Below are positions 57,359 through 64,000 of a DNA stretch of 64,000 bases, in pieces (within the stretch, counting starts at the first letter, position 1; every line of letters begins with the position of its first letter). Location: IMG/VR virus record IMGVR_UViG_3300017782_000001. One strand, written 5' to 3'. Origin of the DNA: a virus. The translations under genes and the position numbers were made by a program. The notes below the pieces were generated by a model that did not search any database, had not been told where the DNA came from, and worked only from the letters and a program-made list of their open reading frames with translations.

Positions 57359-57833
57359 CAATTTCTGTAGAAATATTAACGGCTTCAAGTAAAGTCGGAG
57401 CTTTTCTTAATTTAGATTTAAGAGCTTTATTTTTACTATTCATAATTTCTTCATTTTCAAATAAAGCAATTTTAATTAAGAAAAGTTTTTCTTTATGGTC
57501 TTCTGCGTCAAAGTCAATAAAGATAGATTTAAGTAGAACTTCATATAGTTTACTATTTAGATCATCCACATCATAAATTAAGCCTTGATCTTTTGCAATT
57601 GCAATAACATCTTTTTCATAATCTTCCTGCATCACTTTCATACGCTTATACGTATTTTCATGTAGCTGATCTTCGGTTACTATTTCCAAAAGATCTTGAT
57701 AAACCTTTTGTGATTTATCAGCTTTCAAATATTCAACGTATGCGTCTTCATCATTATCAGGATTTACATAAACCACTTCTATAGTATTTCTAGTGTCGTT
57801 TGTAAAATATGCGTTATAAAATTGATATGTCAT
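57123..57833 (-). CDS. hypothetical protein with S/D/T-rich tail overlapping the convergent GT
   Basis: starts 2 nt after upstream gene; ordered N-terminal approx. 160 aa. Confidence 0.75.
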   Translation of the reverse strand: MTYQFYNAYFTNDTRNTIEVVYVNPDNDEDAYVEYLKADKSQKVYQDLLEIVTEDQLHENTYKRMKVMQEDYEKDVIAIAKDQGLIYDVDDLNSKLYEVLLKSIFIDFDAEDHKEKLFLIKIALFENEEIMNSKNKALKSKLRKAPTLLEAVNISTEIVIEARAANTPATTQAEASSDDSDSSEQQDTPVNLETLSDTSNNHTNESLDSDESSHENIDQSLDNTSTDSNLDSDPTT

Positions 57834-57835
57834 GA

Positions 57836-58780
57836 TTAAGACCTTTGTATAGAAAATGTATAAGTGTTAACTGTAATTACTGACCCTGAAGGGTGCTCCT
57901 GCGCGCGGTAATCGTTTGTATCTACTTTTCTAGTTCTATACGTAGATCCATTAACGACAGTGTTTACAAGGGCAGTTCCTCTTTGTTGTCCTGTTCCAGT
58001 CCAGTTATACGAAATTTGGTTACCAGTACCTCCGTTAGCTCCGCCATAATATTGCAAAAGTTCTCCTAATGTAACATCTAAAGCAGCAGCATCGTATGTT
58101 TCTATGTTATCATCTGCACCAATTTTCAAAGGCAAAGGGTGATTTTCAACTGTAGTTAAAGAAGCATTACCAATGTGAAGATAGTAATTATTAATAGTAG
58201 TAGGTTGATCTTTTGTTTCACTAATACCGCCAGACGTATAGGCACCAACATTAGCTCTAGTATCAGTAAAGACAGGAGTACCTGAAACAATTGTGTGATT
58301 AGCTAGACTGGTTAAAGTTGAAAGCTTATAAACTCCAGGGTGATCGCTTCCATCCACAATATCATCTAATGCTTGAGTAATAAAGGTGTCAAACATATCC
58401 TGTTGGTTCATAGCAACTAAGTTATTTGTGCCATCAAGATAAAGTGGGTATCTTCTGTTATTAGTATCTGTAACACCTGACATAGAATCAGGTGAATGAA
58501 TTAAACGATTATAATTAATTGTTTTTGTGGTTACATCAGCAGTTTGTGCTGCAGTACGAAATGATGATACGTGAGTATTACCTGCTCCTGCCATTTTACG
58601 AGTATCGGAGATCGTCAGCATATTACCTCCAAGAACTCCAGAGGCAACTTGAATGTTTACTGTTTTGTAATTTCCATGTAAAAATAATACGCGCTTGCGA
58701 ATTCTTTGTATGCCTTGAACAGACATGGGGCGAATTGTGCCTGCCGCATGATCCCAGTATACCGGATACCTAATAGCCAT
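57836..58780 (-). CDS. virion structural protein
   Basis: T/G/N-rich, YRAQEHP.G near C-terminus; late block. Confidence 0.7.
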   Translation of the reverse strand: MAIRYPVYWDHAAGTIRPMSVQGIQRIRKRVLFLHGNYKTVNIQVASGVLGGNMLTISDTRKMAGAGNTHVSSFRTAAQTADVTTKTINYNRLIHSPDSMSGVTDTNNRRYPLYLDGTNNLVAMNQQDMFDTFITQALDDIVDGSDHPGVYKLSTLTSLANHTIVSGTPVFTDTRANVGAYTSGGISETKDQPTTINNYYLHIGNASLTTVENHPLPLKIGADDNIETYDAAALDVTLGELLQYYGGANGGTGNQISYNWTGTGQQRGTALVNTVVNGSTYRTRKVDTNDYRAQEHPSGSVITVNTYTFSIQRS

Positions 58781-58783
58781 CGA

Positions 58784-59311
58784 CTAGCTCCCCGGAGATC
58801 TTAGTGTCTTTACTATCGTTCCCGCAGAATCTGTAATTGTGAGAGTAACAGTCGAATCAAACTTCGATGACTGAATAGTGTTGTCTGCAATTTTACCATT
58901 TGTAATTGCAAAGTCTTGAACCATAGCAGTTGTAAGACTGAGAGATCCAACATGAGTTGAGTCAATCGCATCAGTAGCAATAATAATACCTGTGACAGCA
59001 TCAAGCTGAAGCTTTAATGTACCTACTGATCTTGCTTGAATAGCATTTGAATCAACTGCTAAATCCCCAAGATTAATTGAATCTACTGGAAAATATAAAC
59101 CGTAAAAAGAATCTAAGTTTGAATCAATCATACGATTGATTTCAGCAGAGTCCTTAGAGTTAAGGTTGATTTCGTTAATAGCTTCAACGAGGTCAGAGTC
59201 TGCATCTGTTGCAAGCTCGTCAAGATCGCCAAAGTAATTACTTAACGTATTGGTTTTGGTGCGCCAATCATCTACGAGATCATCAATTTCAATTTTAATT
59301 CTACGTGCCAT
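58784..59311 (-). CDS. virion structural protein (fibre-like)
   Basis: WR.KTN, LVEAINE, 10-residue periodic repeats; 9 DS dipeptides. Confidence 0.7.
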   Translation of the reverse strand: MARRIKIEIDDLVDDWRTKTNTLSNYFGDLDELATDADSDLVEAINEINLNSKDSAEINRMIDSNLDSFYGLYFPVDSINLGDLAVDSNAIQARSVGTLKLQLDAVTGIIIATDAIDSTHVGSLSLTTAMVQDFAITNGKIADNTIQSSKFDSTVTLTITDSAGTIVKTLRSPGS

Positions 59312-59531
59312 TTTTATCTACCAATATTTTGAGCAAATTTTTTATCTCACCTATTTCATTCTTTAAGTTATTTATATCATTTTCCATTTGTTTTTTTTTC
59401 TTCTTAGCAGCCCTGGCAACGTTACCATCTTCACTTTTAGATCTAACAATAGCATTAGATCTCATATCTCTTTTCCAGCCAGGATGACCTTCAATGTCAA
59501 CAAATCTTCCAAATTTATTTTCTGCGTTCAT
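59301..59531 (-). CDS. small coiled-coil protein
   Basis: EGHP...RD..SNAI, coiled C-terminus; follows the DUF4815-like gene. Confidence 0.75.
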   Translation of the reverse strand: MNAENKFGRFVDIEGHPGWKRDMRSNAIVRSKSEDGNVARAAKKKKKQMENDINNLKNEIGEIKNLLKILVDKNGT

Positions 59532-62500
59532 TATGCGCTCAGTGCTATCACTCTTAAATCAGTAAATTGAGGAACCGAAGCATTGTTAGAACTGTTCATA
59601 ACAATCTTAAGCATAAACTTCGAGAATGGTGTTGATAGTCCGTCTTCTCCACCCACTAAATATTCATAATCTCTAAAGATTGAAGGATTTTCATCTGTTG
59701 GTTGATCAACTTCTTTTATAACTTCTGTCCAGGGAGTATCCGAAAATAGTATATCTTCACCAATTGCTTTATAGTAAACTCTAAAGTTAGAGGCTGAAGG
59801 CCGGTTAGCTGCTAGCAAAATTTTAAGGCCAATGGCATCATTTTCTAGAGTTACTGGTCTAGTAATATGCTTAGCAAGAGATGTTCCGTTTTGAGAGTTA
59901 GTTTCATCAACATACGTTATAGGATTATTTCTATCAGCAGAATCACCATATTGGCTTTGGAAATCAATTCTATTATGAATTGTCCACATAGAAGCTCGTT
60001 GCATATCAATCACTGGAGAAACATCAGGACTTTGTGATATCATATTTAGTTTTAGTGTTATAGCTTTTTCAAGTCCTAGGTTATTAACTCTTTGTTCTTT
60101 AGAAGGAATAATTTGAGGAACGTTAAAGTAATTGTTTTCTCTTCCTGCCAAAGTTAAATATGTAGTTGCCTTTGTGTATTTTGTTTCATTACCAGCAATA
60201 GACCGTCCTGTAGTAAATCTACCGGTAGGTGTAATCCTAGTAGAAGTAGGCACCAGAGTATCGATAGCTGGAACAACTTGTTCAAATAGTTGCTGTTTTG
60301 ACATTGCTACTAAGTTGTTACCAATAATTTCACTATTGGTTGCATCTGAATCAAAGTCTACTTTGAAGAAATCATTATCTGCACTATCGATTGCGCGGAT
60401 ACCCATAATAGAAGAACCTAAGATTCCTGCGTATCTAGCAGATGAGTCAAGTCCGGTGATCATAACCTGATCACCATCAGTAAACCCATGATCAGGGTGG
60501 AATACTGTAGCTGCTGGTGACCCACTAGTTACATCAATAGGATCAGTTGTTAAAAGGTTTATTGATGGATCTGCATTTTCCAATATTGCTTCAGCTGTTG
60601 AATGTCTAAATCTAGCTGTGTGCAATTCAAACGCCATATCAATTGTTTGATCTGGTTCCCAAATAAATGAGTTTTGAGATTTGAAAAATGAACCTAGTGT
60701 TGGTTGCTGTGTAATTCTTCTTTCAGTAGATCCAAGAATAAATTCACCTGTTTTACCAATGTAAACGTTATATTCAATTGTTTCAGCTTTTAGAACAAAT
60801 GCATATTCAGTATACGAATTCAGGTAAATAGGCTCATCAAATTCAAAGTAGGTGATAGCAGTACCATCAGCAGATATATTCACATCAGCCGGATCCTTAA
60901 ATACTACACCTCCCGGCAATACTTGGTATGCCGCAGGAGCACCTTCAACAGCAGGCCTTAGTTCTAGTTGAACCGGAACAATTGGATCTTTTGAAGCAAA
61001 TCTTACACCAACCTTTGTACAGAAAATACCATCTGGCCTTGGAACATAGAATGTTTGAGCGATAGGATCACCACCGCCGCCACCATCACCACCTTCGCGG
61101 CCACCGTCATCAGGTGGATCTGGAATTCTTCTTACAGATCTTGCAGTACGTGTATCAGTTCTAATATTTAAGCTTCTTGTTGATCTAATAGTTTGTTGTC
61201 TAGTTTCAAGAATACCGTTTGCCTCATATGAAGCAAATGCTCTTGAAGTAGAATCTGCAGGCTTTGGAACTGTAATGTCCAAAAGCATAAACTCTCTTCT
61301 ACCTGTTCTAAATTTTTGAACGCCATTAGGAATGAAGAAAGATCCTTCAATTTTACCAGTCTCATCTGTAATAAGAGTAGACTTACCTTCAGGATGCTCA
61401 GTTGCATTATTGTGTCTAGACCCAAATTGAGTAGGATCATCTGAAGTTCTTTGGAATGTTTCTTCTCTTACCCATTGAGAAATATCTTTTTCATCAAAGT
61501 AAGGGAATAGTCTTGTTTCCGGTTTTAAGCCTTCAGCCTTAAAATAAATTTTCCTAGATCTCATAAACGGAATAACTGCAACATCCAAAACTCTATCGCC
61601 AATAACTTCACGAATAGTTTCACCTTGAACAATTCTAGTAACTGAAGTCGTAGTTGTAGTGGTTATAGTACGACCGCTTTGACTAGATCCTGACGAAACT
61701 GAACGACCTAGTTGTCTACCAGCAAGATTAGAAAGATCTGTTCCACCCCACTGCCATTCCCAGTTATTCCAAAGATTTTGCTGTGCAGGATTAAGTCTGA
61801 ATCCTCCATCTACAATTCTTGGTGGTACTCTTTTTACTTCACGCCAATCGTCTGATTGTGGTGAAAGAAGAACTCGACCTGTATGAGTAATAACTGCAAA
61901 CGGGTTAACGTTAATTGTACCAGAATATAAAGGCTGATCAATAAACTTTAGATCATCATATTTAATATAAACGTTATCGCCTTTTTTAATTGTATTGGTT
62001 GACTTATCTGAGTCATAAACAAAACCGATTTGATCTTCATTAAACGAAGGTCTAACTATTCCTTCTCTTGGATCAATCGCTGCAGCGTATTCTGGACTAT
62101 TAACTGCTGATGCTAGTTGATCAGAAAAGTTATCAACTAAAAATCCAGCTTTAGTTCTATCAGCACCTGTTGAATCAAAAACACTAAATGTTCTTAGATT
62201 TGTTTCTAAAGCATTAAGCGTAGCTATTTCTTCTAATTGATCGATACGAGTTTCAAGTTTACCAATGTCTGCCATTGTAAATACTTTTGTCTCAATAAGA
62301 TCAGTGTCAGTGTCTGAATCATTTAGAGTAAAAGGATTTAGCTTAAGCTTATAAAGCTCTAATGAATTTTCTGGTGTTTCTGGAAATCTTGGTGAAAGAT
62401 CTGATTGACCAGGAATGATTTCAATTAATCCAGTTTCTTTGATAATGAGTTTATCATATCTTGGCATATAAGTTTCTTGATCAAATCTAATCAAAGAGTT

Positions 62501-64000
62501 AGGCTTTGGTAGCTCGTTAATACGAGCAGTACCACCAGCAAAGTCAAGCGCATCGTCTTTCAATCGAGGACGGAAGTCTAATACATCTCTTAAATTAACT
62601 ACAGTTCCATTTGACAATTCGTGGTTTGGAATGTCAGCATAATCTACTTGTCCAGTATATGAGTTAACTGCAAAGAAATCGCCAGATGCACCATGTGTAA
62701 AATATGAAAATGAGCAGAAAACGTTACCAGCAGGTTCCGCCGCACCTTGCTTAAGAATTAGTCTAGCTGGCGCATAAAAATTGTCTCTTTGTCCATTGTC
62801 AACAATAAATCTACTTGAAATATCTGTGCCATCAGATTCACCATCAGCAATAAGCACTACCTTAAACAAATCTGGTTTAGCAAGATCTAGTACGTTATTT
62901 GAATCCAATGTAGTTTTAATAAAGGTTCCATTGGTTGCTAAACCCTTTGGTCCAGTTGTAGGAGGAGAATTTAGAGTTTTAGATCTAACAGTACCTTGAG
63001 ATTTATCAACTTTAGTTAATAACTCAAAGTTTGTTGTTGTTGGTCCGCCTGAAATATTAATAGTTGCTGTGCCAGTACCAGTGATAGTCACATCATTATT
63101 AGTAAGCATTTTACCACTTGAATCAATAGTAAAAATCCACTCAGATGGAGAAGCGAAAGTTTCACCGTTTGCTGTTAACGTAAGTGTTTCTGATCCAGAA
63201 AAGTCAAACTGTCCAGTAAAGTATCTTTGTACTTCAAGACTAATATCTGTAATTTGCTTAGGTCGACTATTTGGAAGAGGGAATAGAAGATTATTATTAA
63301 TAGCTCCTTTAAGTTCAGTTTCACCTCGTGTTTGCCTAACGTTAACATAGTCTGAAGTTGAGCCACCAATTGATTTGACATCACGAAATGATTTACCGCT
63401 ATTCATTGAAATATCAAAAAGATAGTACTTATAATCTGCACCATCTTCTTCAATATATCTTGCTCTTGCAGTACCAATTGTTGCGCCTAAGTGATTAGCA
63501 GAATCTCTTAAATTTCTAACTTGATAGGCGTTTAGATTAGGAAGCCTCTTAAACATCACCTCTAGTCTTGGATCGTTTGTTGAGTCAAGTTCAACAAAGT
63601 TACCAAAGTTTGCAGCAACAACCTGGTTATTAAGATCAGTAGTTTCTTGTGCTTTATTAATAGTAATTGTTTTAGGAATCATGCTTTCAGCGCGATAGCC
63701 ATTAACATAAGCCACACCAGCAGAAACATCTACATCAAGTTTAGTGTTATCAGAATCATTCTCGTCAAATTTAACTCTAAACTGCTTAGCACTAAAGTTA
63801 CCATTTGTTTCATATGCTCTTTGTGAAACATAGTCTGCAATTTTTGCATATTGATTTGTTCCATTTGCAAATTCAGAAACGGAACCATTAATTACATTAG
63901 CATAAAAAACAAAATTTTCATCAGAATCAACATTGGCTTTGTCAATTAACTCTAGTCTAATTCTATATCGATCAGCACCTGCTGCTGCCTTATTAGGAAT
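59531..64000 (-). CDS. large virion structural protein (DUF4815/VrlC-like), 5'-truncated by window edge
   Basis: same frame reads AGADRYRI at the window edge; GFLVDNF, DPIAQTF, GSFFKSQN, DLRVIAL. Confidence 0.88.
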   Translation of the reverse strand: MPNKAAAGADRYRIRLELIDKANVDSDENFVFYANVINGSVSEFANGTNQYAKIADYVSQRAYETNGNFSAKQFRVKFDENDSDNTKLDVDVSAGVAYVNGYRAESMIPKTITINKAQETTDLNNQVVAANFGNFVELDSTNDPRLEVMFKRLPNLNAYQVRNLRDSANHLGATIGTARARYIEEDGADYKYYLFDISMNSGKSFRDVKSIGGSTSDYVNVRQTRGETELKGAINNNLLFPLPNSRPKQITDISLEVQRYFTGQFDFSGSETLTLTANGETFASPSEWIFTIDSSGKMLTNNDVTITGTGTATINISGGPTTTNFELLTKVDKSQGTVRSKTLNSPPTTGPKGLATNGTFIKTTLDSNNVLDLAKPDLFKVVLIADGESDGTDISSRFIVDNGQRDNFYAPARLILKQGAAEPAGNVFCSFSYFTHGASGDFFAVNSYTGQVDYADIPNHELSNGTVVNLRDVLDFRPRLKDDALDFAGGTARINELPKPNSLIRFDQETYMPRYDKLIIKETGLIEIIPGQSDLSPRFPETPENSLELYKLKLNPFTLNDSDTDTDLIETKVFTMADIGKLETRIDQLEEIATLNALETNLRTFSVFDSTGADRTKAGFLVDNFSDQLASAVNSPEYAAAIDPREGIVRPSFNEDQIGFVYDSDKSTNTIKKGDNVYIKYDDLKFIDQPLYSGTINVNPFAVITHTGRVLLSPQSDDWREVKRVPPRIVDGGFRLNPAQQNLWNNWEWQWGGTDLSNLAGRQLGRSVSSGSSQSGRTITTTTTTSVTRIVQGETIREVIGDRVLDVAVIPFMRSRKIYFKAEGLKPETRLFPYFDEKDISQWVREETFQRTSDDPTQFGSRHNNATEHPEGKSTLITDETGKIEGSFFIPNGVQKFRTGRREFMLLDITVPKPADSTSRAFASYEANGILETRQQTIRSTRSLNIRTDTRTARSVRRIPDPPDDGGREGGDGGGGGDPIAQTFYVPRPDGIFCTKVGVRFASKDPIVPVQLELRPAVEGAPAAYQVLPGGVVFKDPADVNISADGTAITYFEFDEPIYLNSYTEYAFVLKAETIEYNVYIGKTGEFILGSTERRITQQPTLGSFFKSQNSFIWEPDQTIDMAFELHTARFRHSTAEAILENADPSINLLTTDPIDVTSGSPAATVFHPDHGFTDGDQVMITGLDSSARYAGILGSSIMGIRAIDSADNDFFKVDFDSDATNSEIIGNNLVAMSKQQLFEQVVPAIDTLVPTSTRITPTGRFTTGRSIAGNETKYTKATTYLTLAGRENNYFNVPQIIPSKEQRVNNLGLEKAITLKLNMISQSPDVSPVIDMQRASMWTIHNRIDFQSQYGDSADRNNPITYVDETNSQNGTSLAKHITRPVTLENDAIGLKILLAANRPSASNFRVYYKAIGEDILFSDTPWTEVIKEVDQPTDENPSIFRDYEYLVGGEDGLSTPFSKFMLKIVMNSSNNASVPQFTDLRVIALSA

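Noticed and set aside
625-63384. Many short ORF-track entries antisense to or nested in long genes (e.g. 2387-2743, 18067-18528, 22097-22507, 43250-43651)
   Set aside because: Shadow frames of recognisable genes, with no motifs or SD sites
1-64000. tRNA/rRNA genes
   Set aside because: Intergenic gaps are short and no cloverleaf or T-loop signature was recognised; tRNAscan-SE would be decisive

Overview
A 64 kb segment of a large, AT-rich T4-like myovirus genome. The host is probably a marine alphaproteobacterium, inferred from the hemO-pcyX-like cassette, a ROSE-like leader and the small-protein types. Most genes lie on the minus strand. Left to right: small early ORFs, an AEP-type primase-like gene and a MazG-like gene; the replication block (gp43, Hsp20, regA, gp62/44/45/46/47, gp55, uvsW, uvsY); and the head/tail/packaging block (gp3, 23, 22, 21, 20, 19, 18, 17, 16, 15, 14, 13). 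Next is an accessory island with ADP-heptose biosynthesis genes interrupted by a heme oxygenase/bilin reductase cassette, two carbamoyltransferases, a 2OG-Fe(II) oxygenase and a GT9-like glycosyltransferase. This is followed by six tandem Cys/Gly-rich paralogs, long fibre genes, a second glycosyltransferase/radical SAM island, and a DUF4815-like virion protein cut by the window edge. The strongest unexplained signal is a marked enrichment of the dipeptide Asp-Ser (DS) in virion proteins but not in replication enzymes. Together with the co-located heptose and glycosyltransferase genes, this suggests a phage-encoded virion O-glycosylation system with a DS sequon (hypothesis). The Cys-rich array shows identical DNA patches shared between paralogs. 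All assignments come from motif recognition by eye; no database searches were run, and counts are manual.
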